64,000 bases of DNA from Leptolyngbyaceae cyanobacterium (GTDB lineage Bacteria > Cyanobacteriota > Cyanobacteriia > Phormidesmidales > Phormidesmidaceae): positions 1,472,001 through 1,536,000 of the forward strand of contig CBDHHL010000032.1 in assembly GCA_965263355.1 (NCBI GenBank). Reading direction: 5' to 3'. The position numbers and the translations under genes were made by a program. Shown in pieces: positions 43,747 to 55,150 of this stretch (positions within the stretch are counted from its first letter, which is position 1; the number at the start of each line of letters is the position of its first letter). The notes beneath the pieces are model-generated. The model was not told where the DNA came from. It searched no databases and saw only the letters and a program-made list of their open reading frames with translations.

Positions 43747-45114
43747 TGCGCTCTAATATGCTACGAACTGTCTTCACGCACCGAAGACAGATTGGTCTTT
43801 GGAGTGCTGCATTGTTAACCGCACTCATGGGTGTGATCAATCTGCTTTCAACAGATGCTCCAACCTTGCCTGAACGGGTTGTCTGGCTAAGGTCAGTTGT
43901 TTCCTTTGAGGTGCAAGCAGGCGGACGCATCTTTTCGGCTGTCAGTGGTTTTTTTCTATTGACGCTGGCAGCCAATCTATTGCATCGTAAACGCCTAGCC
44001 TGGTCTATCGTAACAGGATTGTTATTGATTTCAATCATCGGTCATCTGATTAAGGGAGTTGATTTTGAGGAAAGCATTGTTGCCATTATTCTGCTGGTTC
44101 AGCTCGTGCTTATGCGGACATGGTTTACGGCTCAAAGTGATCGTCCGTCCATAGCCCAGGGCATTCGTACCCTAGTGATTGCGTTACTGTTCACACTGGT
44201 TTACGGCACTTTGGGCTTTTTCTGGCGTGAGCGTCAGTATGTCCAAACATTTGATATTGGCAAAGCGTTGGTACAGACACTGGCCATGTTTTTTACAGCA
44301 GATAATGCCGGTCTGGAGCCTGTGACACCTGCTGGAAGATATTTCGCCCACTCTATCTATATTGTGGGTGCTGTTTCCATGGCCTACAGTTTGTGGATGC
44401 TGCTGCGGCCAGTGCTCTTTTGGGAGGCAGCTTCTGAGGAAGAACGTGCCAAAGCTCATGGTATAAGGCAAAGGCGGGAAAAATTTACGCACTTCTCTCA
44501 ACAAATTTACAAAACAAGGAACTCGAGTAGTTTTCTACACACCTCCCATTGCCGTTGATTTACTTCAAGATCTTCAAGAAATCAGTAATGAATGGCTTCA
44601 ACATATGAGCGGTTCAGAAAAACAGTTCTCTCTAGGTTGGTTTGATGATGATTATCTAGGCAGTTGTGAAATTGCCGTAGTAGAGACCACTACAGGGCAA
44701 CGTATTGCTTTTGCTAATCTGATTCCAGAATATCAGTTAAATGAAATTACTATTGATTTAATGCGCCATCGATTAGAGGTAGAGCGTGGTGTTATGGATT
44801 TTCTGTTTATATCTCTGTTCCAGCACTTTAAAGAGAAGGGGTACGCTAGCTTTAATCTGGGTTTAGCAGCTTTATCTGGTCTAAATAATAGACAAGAAAC
44901 AAATCGATTGGAAAAAGGGTTGAATTATCTGTATCAGCACCTGGAAAGATTCTATGGTTTTCAAGGACTTCATGCTTACAAGGAAAAGTATCATCCTCAT
45001 TGGGAGCCAAGATATCTGGTTTATCCTAAACTCATTGCTTTACCCGATGTTGTCGTTGCTCTGATTCGCGCAGACTCAGGCGACCATATCTTAGATTATT
45101 TTAGACCGGGATGA
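43746..45114 (+). pseudogene. Phosphatidylglycerol lysyltransferase (MprF/LysX-like, DUF2156) with internal deletion and frameshift
   Basis: TM region to EEERAKA (about 44455), then a jump to another frame: GKGGKNLRTSLNKF..EKQFSLG..IDLMRH..FNLGLA..KEKYHPHWEPRYL. Confidence 0.85.
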
Positions 45115-45162
45115 TGGTTTACTCACCTGAGTGAAACCTCGTTAATTCTGAAGTAAGGGCAA

Positions 45163-45675
45163 ATGAGAATGACCTCATCAGTGACAAACAGTACGGTTGA
45201 TCCTATGGCTGGCCAGGCTCTGAGATTACGGCGAGATGTTACGCTACAGGTCTGTTACCAATTGGGGAATGGTCCCCCACTGGTGTTTCTCCATGGGGGA
45301 TTGGGCAATCGCTATAATTGGCGATCGCAGTATGAATTTTTTCTGACTCAGCATCGAGCGGTGCTTACTTACGACTTGGCTGGTCACGGTCAGTCGTCTG
45401 ACTATCAGCGCTATTCCATTGGTCGGCACTGCCGAGACCTGACACGGTTACTACATCGATTACATATTCATAAACCCGTGCTGTGCTGCCATAGCTACGG
45501 TGTACCCATTGGCCTAGAGTGGGCGCAGCGTCACCTGGCCAGTGGGCTGATTTTAATCGCCGGAGGCACCCATGATCTGGCACCCTGGTGGGAAGAATTC
45601 CCTCTGATTAAAGGACTTGCCTGGGGCGGCCGCAAGCTGTTTCACTGGCGTCCTTTTGCTGAGTCTCAGTGCTGA
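45163..45675 (+). pseudogene. Alpha/beta hydrolase, C-terminally truncated
   Basis: VFLHGG, YDLAGHGQS, CHSYG nucleophile; only 170 aa, with no acid/His region. Confidence 0.7.
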
Positions 45676-45714
45676 TGTTCAAATGTAATCTCTTTCCTCA
45701 GACTACCTACAAAG

Positions 45715-45792
45715 TCATCCTTGCGGATGATGATAATCTTCTCTAATTTATCCGTAGGGTAGACTTCCCAAAAGCAGGTTTTTATTTAAATA
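45715..45792 (+). promoter_or_regulatory. Bipartite palindromic operator, copy 1 (rimB-rimK)
   Basis: TCATCC-ttgc-GGATGA, N17, TTATCC-gtag-GGTAGA, N24, AAATA. Confidence 0.7.
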
Positions 45793-45854
45793 GTTGGTGA
45801 CATGCATTTCATCCCAAAGTTTCAAAACACTTTCATTAGAATGTAATCACCTAG

Positions 45855-46361
45855 ATGACAACAGTTGCTCAATCTACTGACCTCTCAAAAATTGGCTGGC
45901 GAGAGTGGATTTCTCTACCTGACTTAAGCCTGACTGGTATCAAAGTCAAGATTGATACAGGGGCACGATCATCAGCATTACATGCCTTCGATATCGAATT
46001 CTTTAAGCACAACAACCTGGATTTTGTTCGCTTTAAGGTTCACCCCTACCAGTTCAACGACACTGATACCGTCACCGCTGAAGCAGAGTTGTTAGATATC
46101 CGAAATGTTCGCAACTCTGGTGGACAGTCCCAATCCCGCCCCGTCATCAAAACCAATGTGATGCTGGGAGAACAACTATGGCCGATTGAATTAACCCTCA
46201 CCAATCGAGATGTAATGGGCTTTCGTATGCTCCTGGGCCGACAGGCTGTGCGCCGTCGCTTCCTGGTTGATTCAGGTCGATCCTACCTCCGCAGTTCTAA
46301 ACGAAATCGTAAGTTCAAAAAGTTGGAAACTCAGAATCATGAAAATTGCCATTCTATCTAG
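45855..46361 (+). CDS. rimB: RimK-associated retropepsin-like protein (RimB type)
   Basis: [34 protein letters not shown]. Confidence 0.88.
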   Translation: MTTVAQSTDLSKIGWREWISLPDLSLTGIKVKIDTGARSSALHAFDIEFFKHNNLDFVRFKVHPYQFNDTDTVTAEAELLDIRNVRNSGGQSQSRPVIKTNVMLGEQLWPIELTLTNRDVMGFRMLLGRQAVRRRFLVDSGRSYLRSSKRNRKFKKLETQNHENCHSI

Positions 46362-47244
46362 AGATGCTTCCCTTTACTCAACTCGTCGTCTAATGGAATC
46401 AAGTACAGAGCGCGGACACACTGTTCAGGTAATCGACTATCTTCGTTGTTATATGAACATCATGCCCCATCATCCCAAGGTCATCTATCAGGGGGCTCCT
46501 TTAGAAGGCTTTGATGCTGTTATTCCACGGATTGGCGCTTCCCATACATTTTATGGGACTGCGACCGTGCGTCAGTTTGAGATGATGGGTGTGTTTGTTG
46601 CCAATGAGTCCCAGGCCATTTCACGGTCACGCGACAAATTACGATGCTTACAGTTGCTATCCAAACGCGGCATAGGGCTACCGGTAACCGGATTTGCCCA
46701 CTCAACCAAAGACATTGAGGGGTTAATCAATATTGTGGGAGGGGCTCCACTGGTAATTAAGTTACTGGAAGGCACCCAGGGAATTGGTGTAGTGCTAACA
46801 GAAACAGATCAAGCTGCTAAGTCTGTGATTGAAGCTTTCCGAGGGCTAGATGCGAACATTTTGGTGCAAGAGTTTATTGCTGAAGCCAAGGGTGCAGACC
46901 TGAGATGTTTTGTGATTGGGGATAAAGTGGTTGCCTCCATGAAGCGCCAAGGAGCCCCTGGGGAATTTCGCTCTAATCTCCATCGTGGTGGCAATGCTGA
47001 AAAAATCAGACTCACCCCTGAAGAACGGAAGACTGCAGTCAGCGCAGCCAAAGCCATGGGTCTTAAAATTGCTGGGGTTGATTTACTCCGCTCAAATCAT
47101 GGCCCAGTGGTCATGGAAGTCAACTCTTCTCCAGGTCTGGAAGGTATCGAGAAAGCTACTGGCGTAGACGTTGCTGGCAAGATCATTGAATTTCTTGAAA
47201 AGAATGCGGCCCCTAATAAGACTCTCGACCGTATCAAATACTGA
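46339..47244 (+). CDS. rimK: Ribosomal protein S6--L-glutamate ligase
   Basis: [45 protein letters not shown]. Confidence 0.96.
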   Translation: MKIAILSRDASLYSTRRLMESSTERGHTVQVIDYLRCYMNIMPHHPKVIYQGAPLEGFDAVIPRIGASHTFYGTATVRQFEMMGVFVANESQAISRSRDKLRCLQLLSKRGIGLPVTGFAHSTKDIEGLINIVGGAPLVIKLLEGTQGIGVVLTETDQAAKSVIEAFRGLDANILVQEFIAEAKGADLRCFVIGDKVVASMKRQGAPGEFRSNLHRGGNAEKIRLTPEERKTAVSAAKAMGLKIAGVDLLRSNHGPVVMEVNSSPGLEGIEKATGVDVAGKIIEFLEKNAAPNKTLDRIKY

Positions 47245-47255
47245 AGGCAGACATT

Positions 47256-47831
47256 ATGAATGACTCTCAGGTCAATTTTGAGATCAATGATCTTGTTGTT
47301 GCCCCCGGACAACGACAGCGCTTAGCTAACTTAGATGACGCCGAAACCCTTCGCTGTGCTCAAGCCTTTGGAACTCCTTTAATTATTCATGCAGCCACTC
47401 GCGATGGTTCCCTAAGACAGGCTGCCGCTCAGCGCGGGATTCCCACATTACTCTATGAAGCCGGTGAAGCTCTACGCTTTGATCAACAGGCAATACAGAC
47501 GGGTATAGCAGGCATTGTGCGGATGATGTCATCGTTAGATATGATTCCTGACGAGGTTCCACCGCCAGTATCTGCACCTGTGACTGTAACCCAGATAAAA
47601 TGGGTAAGAACACCTGCCAGCGGCATTTTGCACACGAATATTACCTTAGGGCAACAGGTCGGTAAGAAACAAATACTTGGGTTTGTGTCCGATGCCTTTG
47701 GTGAAAAAGCGACTAAAGTGACAGCTCCTGCTGATGGGATTGTTATTGGGTCAACCCAAAATCCTCTAGTCAACCAGGGAGATGCTATTTTCCATCTGGC
47801 CACCTGTTCTAACAAGGGTCTATGCCCCTAA
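47256..47831 (+). pseudogene. Succinylglutamate desuccinylase/aspartoacylase with in-frame deletion of the catalytic N-half
   Basis: VAPGQRQR joined directly to LANLDD..AFG..RDGSLR..YEAGEALRFD; no HGDE or DLH Zn motifs. Confidence 0.82.
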
Positions 47832-47882
47832 GCATCAGTCTTTAGAACTTTCAGAGTTTTTCAAAAAATATAGGAGGTTATC

Positions 47883-48119
47883 ATGATTCCTTTTCACTCA
47901 TCATATTTACCATCCTCTTCAGAAACTTGTGATCAAGTTCTGGAGCTGATTAACAACTGTGTACTGGGTTCAGAGAATTCTGTTTTAGTACTACAAAGTG
48001 TCTTGTCTTCTCAATCATTAATGGTTCTTGAACTTGAGTATGAAGAAGAGTACCTTGGCCCTATTGACACCCTTAGCATTAGTGAATTACTCGACAACGA
48101 AGCTATAACGTTTGAATAG
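47883..48119 (+). CDS. Small acidic hypothetical protein
   Basis: AGGAGG RBS; 78 aa. Confidence 0.5.
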   Translation: MIPFHSSYLPSSSETCDQVLELINNCVLGSENSVLVLQSVLSSQSLMVLELEYEEEYLGPIDTLSISELLDNEAITFE

Positions 48120-48236
48120 AAAGCCTTTTCAAACAATTCGACGTCCATGGATCGTTGGCTTGCTAAAGTTGTTTACATTGATTGAGCAGATTACTGATTC
48201 TGCTTAGTTACACTGCTGCTGTTTCCTGGCAATGCG

Positions 48237-49829
48237 ATGTTTCAGCAAAGGCTCCTTGACTTATCAACTCGTTATCTCAAAAAATGGTCTCATCAAAAGT
48301 TCAATGCATTTGCTAGGTTCCTATTCGTAGCGATGTTAATAGCAAGCTTGCTAACTTTACCCGTTGCGGGTAACGCCCAAGATACAACCAATATTAATGA
48401 GGCACCTGCTGCTGCAGAAACAACGTCTGCTCCAGCCTCAACGCCATCGCCCCCTTCGTCCATAATTCTCAGTTTGTTCCAGCAAACTCCCCAACTGCAA
48501 ACCAAATGGGTCCGTCTAAACGGGACACGGGTTTTCCAAATAGCTGGCTCTGATGCTGCCCTGTCAGAACGTCGTCAGTGGATTCAAAGCAATTTACAAA
48601 GGATCAGCCGTGCCTATGTGGCAGATCCAAACACCCCGCTGAAGGTTGAAATTTCGGAATCTAACCAGCAACCCGTCATCTATCTGAATAATCAATATTT
48701 ATTGACAGTCACTGATTTAGACGCTCAAATCTACGGGTTAGATACTCAATTAAGAGCAGAGCAACTCAAAGATACCCTAACCCAGAGTATGGAAAATGCT
48801 CGGATTCAGCATCAGCCCCCCTATCTCATTGCTCAAGCAAGGCTCCTGATAGTTGTTCTAATAGGATGCAGCCTTACCTCATTTCTTCTGTCTTGTTGGC
48901 AACATTGGGGCAAACGTCAGCCCGTCACCCTATTAGACCTCGATACAAATCCAGCAATCAAAAAACGCTCTCGATTACATCAAACTCGTGTTCGAGAAAT
49001 CAAAAGACTACTACTACAGCTAGGGCAATTTTTGCTTTGGATCGGTAGTGCTATCTTTGGGCTATCTAGATTTCCTCAAACCCGTAATCTGGCTGTTTAT
49101 ACTATCAGTTTACTCAAAGTACCTTTGGTACTGAGTTTGATCATCATTGGTAGTTATATACTTACGCGGTTAAGCCATATTTTGGTTGATCGTGTTAGTC
49201 TTGCGGCCAGTACTAACCCTCTAATGCCCACGGTAACAATAGATCGTGCTCAGCAACGCATTGGGACGCTTTCTCAGGTTATTAAAAGCCTGAGTTTTCT
49301 GGTGATTAGTCTTATGGGGCTAATTTCAGCCTTGCTACTTTTAGGAGTTAATGTTGGCCCTTACTTAGCAATTCCTAATGGTGAAATCAAAGCCGGTGTA
49401 GGAGATATTGTCCAAATCGGTGAATGGACAGGGCTTGTCGAAGCACTCAACTTACGGATAACTCAATTGCGTAGCTCAGAAGGTCAGCTTGTGAGCATTC
49501 CTAATGGTGAAATCAAAGCCGTTGCAAATCTATCCAGCCAGTGGTCCCGTGTGGATCTGAATATTCCAGTTCCCTACGACGCTAATTTGGAAGACATGAT
49601 GGAGTTGATTCGATCAACGGCTTTGGCCATGCAGGCAGATGAGCATTGGCAGGAGCTAATTCTAGAAACACCACAACTTATGGGAGTTGAAGATTTTAGT
49701 GCTCAAGGGCTCATTCTGAAACTGTGGATCAAAACTCAACCTTTGAAGCAATGGGATGTCGCTCGCGAATATCGAAAACGCTTAAAGATGGCCTTCGATT
49801 CAGCAGAAATCAAAATTTCAGCTTCATAG
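48237..49829 (+). pseudogene. MscS-family channel with the TM3 region replaced by a duplicated segment
   Basis: GVGDIVQIG..GLVE..NLRITQLR..IPNG..NLS is present, but the AGAG..G..Q..D..G TM3 segment is missing and IPNGEIKA occurs twice. Confidence 0.75.
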
Positions 49830-49846
49830 TTTGCTATGACGTTGCC

Positions 49847-49876
49847 TAAAAATCGTCCGCTCGGACGATTTTTTTA
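49847..49876. terminator. Intrinsic terminator
   Basis: AAAAATCGTCCG-ct-CGGACGATTTTTTT. Confidence 0.7.
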
Positions 49877-49978
49877 GTTGTAGGAATAGTCACAGGACTG
49901 AGTGAAAAAGAGCAATCCTTGCGATGTAATAAAAGCAGTCAGGTCATTTCTGTAATACCCAGTTACGGAGGTAACGTC

Positions 49979-50218
49979 ATGAGCCAAGATCTCCAACAAA
50001 GCTTTCTCAAGCTCTATGGACGCTACTATGGGCCATTTACTCCCGGTCAACTAGCTTTCAATGCAAATTTACAAGACTTTGCTAGTGAAGTTGGCACGAT
50101 TTGCGCACTGCAAACAAATGGAAAGCTTTCTGCAGAAGACGCCTATCGAAAGATTCTTACTCTGTGGGAAGTCCTTAAAGAGAGTAAGGATAATTTGCTG
50201 GATAGCGAGTCTGAATAA
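49979..50218 (+). CDS. Small conserved cyanobacterial protein
   Basis: RYYG.FTP..LAFNANLQ.FA..GKLS.E.AY..I..LW..LK.SK; GGAGG RBS. Confidence 0.8.
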   Translation: MSQDLQQSFLKLYGRYYGPFTPGQLAFNANLQDFASEVGTICALQTNGKLSAEDAYRKILTLWEVLKESKDNLLDSESE

Positions 50219-50259
50219 CAAGTAGTCGAAAATACTTGAGATACGATAGTGGTCTATTC

Positions 50260-51423
50260 TTATAAGAAGTTTCTAAACCAGCCTCGTCGCCAAAAAAAGT
50301 AGATGAGGCTGAGTGCGATCGCAACCATTACAAACCAGACCAATGGATACCCCCAGTACCAGTTCAATTCTGGCATATTTAGTGGTGATGTAGCTGAGTT
50401 GAAGTTCATCCCATAAATGCCCGCGATAAAGGTCAGGGGAATAAAAATGGTCGAAATCACTGTCAGTGTTTTCATTACTTCATTCATCCGATTGCTGACC
50501 ACCGATAAATGAATATCCATTAAACCCGCACAGGCATCTCGATAACTCTCAACAATATCGAGTAGTTGCACCGCATGGTCATAGCAGTCGCGCAAATAAA
50601 TCTCCAATTCGCGAGAAACAAAGTCGCTATGCTCCCGCGACAGAGTGGCTAATGTGTCCCGCTGCAGCCAAATAAAATGTCGTAGTGCCGACATTTCTCG
50701 TTTCAGTCGGTAAATATCTCGCAGTACCTGTTGATTGGGCTGGATCAGCACTTCATCCTCCAGGTCTTCTAATCGTTCACCATAGGCTTCCAGCACAGGG
50801 AAAAAACCATCCACAATGGCATCTAATAGTGCATAGGCAAGATAATCTGCTTTCATCTGCCGGATAGTCCCCTTATCCAACTGGATGCGTGAACGAATCG
50901 ACTCAAAACAATCAAACTCTGGCTCTTCTTGAACTGTTAGCAAATAATTGGGACCTAACACCAAACTAATCTGCTCACTTGCATAGCACTGTGTCCCAGT
51001 CATTAGGGTTACCATCTGGGTAATGATAACAAGCTGGTTACCATAGCGCTCCACTTTAGGACGCTGGGGCACATTGACCACATCTTCTAAAATCAGTGGA
51101 TGTAGTTGAAAGACCTCACCAACCTGCTGCAGCACGTCAAGATTACCCAAACCTTGAACATCAAGCCAGGAAATAGACTCCTGATCTAAATACGATTGAG
51201 CTTCATGGGGTGTGGAAATGAACGTTCGCATCGCTGTATCAGCATTGTAGTCAATTAGAATTAGCTTTGGGCTAGGTTGACTACTAGAAGTACTTAACGT
51301 ACCCGGTGCAGTACCTGGTAAATCGTAGAAGTAATCTAAACGGGTGTGGGATGTTTCTTGGCTAAGCGAGTCTTGCATAAAAATTGGTCGGTTATAAAGA
51401 CATGATTGGCTCGTCATGACCAA
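50260..51423 (-). CDS. corA: Mg/Co transporter CorA
   Basis: LHPLILEDV, QRPKVE, MNEVMKTLT, YGMNF, MPEL. Confidence 0.95.
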   Translation of the reverse strand: MVMTSQSCLYNRPIFMQDSLSQETSHTRLDYFYDLPGTAPGTLSTSSSQPSPKLILIDYNADTAMRTFISTPHEAQSYLDQESISWLDVQGLGNLDVLQQVGEVFQLHPLILEDVVNVPQRPKVERYGNQLVIITQMVTLMTGTQCYASEQISLVLGPNYLLTVQEEPEFDCFESIRSRIQLDKGTIRQMKADYLAYALLDAIVDGFFPVLEAYGERLEDLEDEVLIQPNQQVLRDIYRLKREMSALRHFIWLQRDTLATLSREHSDFVSRELEIYLRDCYDHAVQLLDIVESYRDACAGLMDIHLSVVSNRMNEVMKTLTVISTIFIPLTFIAGIYGMNFNSATSPLNMPELNWYWGYPLVWFVMVAIALSLIYFFWRRGWFRNFL

Positions 51424-51442
51424 GGCTTGTCAGGGAAATAAA

Positions 51443-51830
51443 CTACACCGTAGATATGGGTTCCATAGTTGAGACTGATAACCTACTAGCATAGCGGTGC
51501 GTTAATAATGGCCCTAACGTTGAGGTGACGAGCATAAGTACAATGATGCTGTTAAAAATAACCTCTGACAATAGTCCTACTTGATAGCCTACTAGGGCGG
51601 CTGCCAGAGTAGCTGCGACCTGTGGCAAGGAGAGAGACCACATCGTCAATGTCTCAGTTCGTTGTAACACCGGATAGGCCAACAGGGTGTGGGATGCTAA
51701 TAAAGAGCCAATTAAAATAGACGTATTCCAGTCCAGCCTAAGGAACAATCCCAAAGCTGTTCCCGTGATTAATGGAATTGCAAACGTCAAAATACCAAAG
51801 GTAAGAGAGCGTCGCGAGTTCTGCGAAAGG
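51443..51830 (-). pseudogene. Cation:proton antiporter remnant with internal deletion
   Basis: GSLLASHTLLAYPVLQR fused to ETLTMWSLSLPQVAATLAA; 5' end lost next to the IS remnant. Confidence 0.8.
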
Positions 51831-51864
51831 CCAGCATGTCGATTTAAAGACCGGCAACAAACAT

Positions 51865-52147
51865 CAGATTGAACATCGGTTGTTTCCTCATGTGTCTCGG
51901 GTCTGTGAAGGGGTCTTCTTTGACTCTATCGAAATGGTGAGTGACTTCATGGCTAAAGCCACGACTCAGACAGCCCTCAAGGTGGTCACAACTATCATTG
52001 ATGCTGTGTACGAGACCGGCAGAAAAGCGACCAAGGCATTTCTAGGGCAAATGCCTATCATTTTCGACGAGTTTCTGCCTCAATGGAACTATGTCGCTCG
52101 TCCTCAACAACTCTAAATCAGGACCTTATTTAATCCTCGTTCCTAAG
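51865..52147 (+). mobile_element. ISAzo13-family transposase 3' remnant with probable right end
   Basis: IEHRLFPHVSR..TTQTALKV..YETGRK..FDEFLPQWNY; ends near ..GTTCCTAAG. Confidence 0.8.
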
Positions 52148-52199
52148 AGTAAACCAACTAACCCTGGAAGTCGAAGGCGTTCCACTATGGGTGGCACAG

Positions 52200-52496
52200 T
52201 TAAACTTGCCAGTCCAGCAACGCAGAGACCATCGCCACCACCATCAGCATCACCAGCATGATGTTGGTAAACTGATCCCTGAAGATGGCCCACTGACTAC
52301 GACCTGCCTTTTCCTGGAGTTCATTTAGACCAAACCGTTGGCCCCTTATCGCAGCTTGTTCTGCTGTTAAGCCATGGTCTAGACTGACGCTTTGTTGCGA
52401 CAATGCCGACGCCTGGTTTAGAACGTGATACGAAATCTCCGCTGACTCAGGACTGTCAGACTTTTGAGTTACCTGATGAGCCCATGAAATCATCAT
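52200..52496 (-). pseudogene. N-terminal fragment of a P-type II cation ATPase
   Basis: [27 protein letters not shown], then stop. Confidence 0.85.
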
Positions 52497-52603
52497 ATTT
52501 ATTCTCCTTCAAGAAATATCCCGCACCTGGATATAGGTACGGGAAGCTCGTAGGCATAGACTTTGAAATAACTTGGGGGATGCCTGGAAAGGCAATCACG
52601 GAA

Positions 52604-52810
52604 TTAGGCCACTTGATTTATCCCTGCTGCTCGACTCCCGACTAATTGCAACTGAGATAGGTGGGTACTTATGAATGTATGGGCTTGCGATCGCATCACA
52701 TCTCTAAAGTTAGGCATCTCTGCTCGACATTGAATGCAGAACCAATAGATGCCACCACGTCGAATATGCTGTAACAGGGACGCTGAGCAACAAGGGCAAC
52801 CATTCATCAC
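52604..52810 (-). CDS. Small Zn-ribbon protein
   Basis: CPCC..LL.HIR...YWFC..C..EMP. Confidence 0.75.
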   Translation of the reverse strand: MMNGCPCCSASLLQHIRRGGIYWFCIQCRAEMPNFRDVMRSQAHTFISTHLSQLQLVGSRAAGINQVA

Positions 52811-52838
52811 TGACCTACCTCATAAATCGGTATAGCCC

Positions 52839-52915
52839 TATTTCAATGTAGATAATTAGAATTAACCTCTACCCTGAGGATACAGCTATGTTGCTCACAT
52901 CATCCGAATGGATGA
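52839..52915 (-). promoter_or_regulatory. Bipartite palindromic operator, copy 2
   Basis: Minus strand: TCATCC-attc-GGATGA, N16, GTATCC-tcag-GGTAGA, N24, AAATA. Confidence 0.7.
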
Positions 52916-53170
52916 TATCCATCAAACACACATTTCGCTCACATTCATTTGTTAGAGCTTGCAAGGTACCAAAACATAATATTTCCTTGTGGTTCCCCCA
53001 CAGCTCTAACTAGATCGGGGCATGTTTGAACGTTACCGAGACATCCAGCTTTTGGCTAGCCTGACAACAGTCACTAAACGCTACCCATAAAAGAGCAAAG
53101 CAGCTGTCATGGGAGTGTAAAGCTATTCCAATAAGTAGAGGAGATTTTCAGTCGTTGGCAAGGGCTTATA

Positions 53171-53647
53171 TCAAGCCGACAACAAAGCCGAAAGCTCCAA
53201 TTCAATCACATACTTTCCTTGCATTCTTGCCAGATAAACCTCATGAAGAGATTGTTTACTTCCCCCAATGCGAATCAAGACATCGATCATGTCAAGAAAA
53301 GTAGCACTTTCATCCCCCCAATTAATACCAACGATGATGCGCTCATCGACAGGAAAACAAGGATATTCAAATGCTCTAATACAAGCAATCCCCACCGTCT
53401 TCCAGCCCCGTTGAACTGCCTCCATGTGGGCAAGTGCGGGAACACCTTTATGCATCAGTCCAGACACAACCTCAACATTAGCTGTTTGACTAAGAGAGTC
53501 AAACGCCTGTCGAAGCAACGATAAAGCGGATGTTTGATTAAAACAGTGGTCTGAATAACCTACAACACCAACGCGTAACGTATCAGCTATAGTACAACCT
53601 TCATGAAGGAGTGCAGCATTGATATCAATCTGAGTCCAAAGTTCCAT
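53171..53647 (-). CDS. SLOG (SMF/DprA-LOG) superfamily protein
   Basis: VGVVGYS, VVSGL..GVPALA..A...G.KTVGI, DVLIRIGG..QS..E. Confidence 0.65.
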   Translation of the reverse strand: MELWTQIDINAALLHEGCTIADTLRVGVVGYSDHCFNQTSALSLLRQAFDSLSQTANVEVVSGLMHKGVPALAHMEAVQRGWKTVGIACIRAFEYPCFPVDERIIVGINWGDESATFLDMIDVLIRIGGSKQSLHEVYLARMQGKYVIELELSALLSA

Positions 53648-53719
53648 TTGACCTCTTTGTGAAGAGTAAGGGTAAATTACAAGCTAAGCATAAACACTCA
53701 AAAATCTTAGAAATGGCTC

Positions 53720-54103
53720 TTAAAACTCATCCAGGTCATCTGTTAAGCAGTCAATGCTTAGTGGCACCAACTCATAATCTGTTGTCAACGCTAACCACAT
53801 TTCCTCTTCAGGTTCAATAATGTCACCTGTTAAAGCACAGCGCTCAAGACGTTGAGCCTCCGCCGCCATAATTGCTCTAATTTGCTGACGCTGTATTTGG
53901 AAACCAGGATCATCCGAATGCTGATGCACGTAATCCCAAAGCACGTCTCGGACGAGTGACTGATATCCACGATTACCCGCTAGAGTTTTTAGCTTATCGA
54001 TCAGCTCCCGCTCAAAACGGATACTAGTAACCTGCATATCAGTCGTTGATAATTTAGCCGTTAGACTCATAATGCTCCTAAAATTTTTCGTTGGTATTGA
54101 CAT
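53720..54103 (-). CDS. RHH/CopG-like DNA-binding protein
   Basis: VTSIRFERELIDKLKTLA..GYQSLVRDVL. Confidence 0.7.
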   Translation of the reverse strand: MSIPTKNFRSIMSLTAKLSTTDMQVTSIRFERELIDKLKTLAGNRGYQSLVRDVLWDYVHQHSDDPGFQIQRQQIRAIMAAEAQRLERCALTGDIIEPEEEMWLALTTDYELVPLSIDCLTDDLDEF

Positions 54104-54274
54104 TGTTAAATTTCAAAATATCTATTCAATTGAATAAGGTTTCGTACTGGTTTGTCTACCTTATAGCTAGTGCTTTTAGTGAATAGGCTAGATGATTGAA
54201 TCCTTTTGCATATGCTTTATCGGTCAAGTTATCCAGCCATGTCCACTTTTCGATTCCAGTAGAAACTAAACTTA

Positions 54275-54556
54275 TCACTTCTTTTTCTGATTGCCTTTAG
54301 AAGATTCCCCTTGCTTACGAGGTTTTGCCTTATTGATTTTTATATTTCGTCCCATTAACTCACAATCATTCATAGCCTCTATAGCTGCGGTTTCTTCTGC
54401 GTCGGTTTCCATTTCTACAAACGCAAATCCACGCAGCCGACCTGTTTCTTTGTCTGTGGGTAAATAAACGCTTTCGACTGTACCGTATTCCTCAAAAAGT
54501 TGAGTCAGGTCATCCTGTGTAACTTCATTGGTTAAATTGCCAATATAAATCGACAT
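54275..54556 (-). CDS. RRM RNA-binding protein (cyanobacterial Rbp)
   Basis: RNP2 IYIGNL, RNP1 RGFAFVEM, KINKAKPR. Confidence 0.93.
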   Translation of the reverse strand: MSIYIGNLTNEVTQDDLTQLFEEYGTVESVYLPTDKETGRLRGFAFVEMETDAEETAAIEAMNDCELMGRNIKINKAKPRKQGESSKGNQKKK

Positions 54557-54664
54557 AGAAAAAGTCTCCAAGACCAAAAGTGTTGAGGGTAAACCATAGT
54601 TTTTTGATTTTGAGAGATGATCAAAAAAATCATTTTGATCATCTTCTCATCCGCCAGGAACAGA

Positions 54665-54868
54665 TTACTCAGCAGAAGAATCTTCTGGAGTATTGGTACT
54701 CTCATCAGGCTCATCAGGATCTAAGACTGAATCATCTGGTGACTCTGGAAGTACTTCCTCTGTCTCCGCAGTGGTATCTAAATCATCCTGACTTGATGAA
54801 TTACAAGCTGCTACTGGCAATAGAAACATTGTGAGCAGCAAGATTACAAGAACGAGTGAGCGTTTCAT
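54665..54868 (-). CDS. Small acidic lipoprotein
   Basis: Signal peptide with VAAC lipobox; acidic low-complexity tail. Confidence 0.7.
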   Translation of the reverse strand: MKRSLVLVILLLTMFLLPVAACNSSSQDDLDTTAETEEVLPESPDDSVLDPDEPDESTNTPEDSSAE

Positions 54869-54949
54869 AATTTCTCAGTACCAAAATAAAAAATGAAATT
54901 GAGTTGGACAACATTATAGAAAAAATGTTGTTGCACAAGGTTTTTTCTT

Positions 54950-55150
54950 TTACTTGAAAGATGACAGCTGTCTCAAGTTGTCAGGATCTACGTAATGACA
55001 AGTGGCATTATCTTGACAAATCAAAGCCCAACCAGACGTTTCCATATCAATCAGTTGATAAATCCCGTACGGAACAAAATAGCCTTTATGGTTTCGAGTA
55101 CCCGTCTGAACTCCAAAGCTATGATCAACTTCAACATTAGCGCTAATCAT
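54950..55150 (-). CDS. Small hypothetical protein
   Basis: AAGGAG RBS; 66 aa. Confidence 0.55.
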   Translation of the reverse strand: MISANVEVDHSFGVQTGTRNHKGYFVPYGIYQLIDMETSGWALICQDNATCHYVDPDNLRQLSSFK

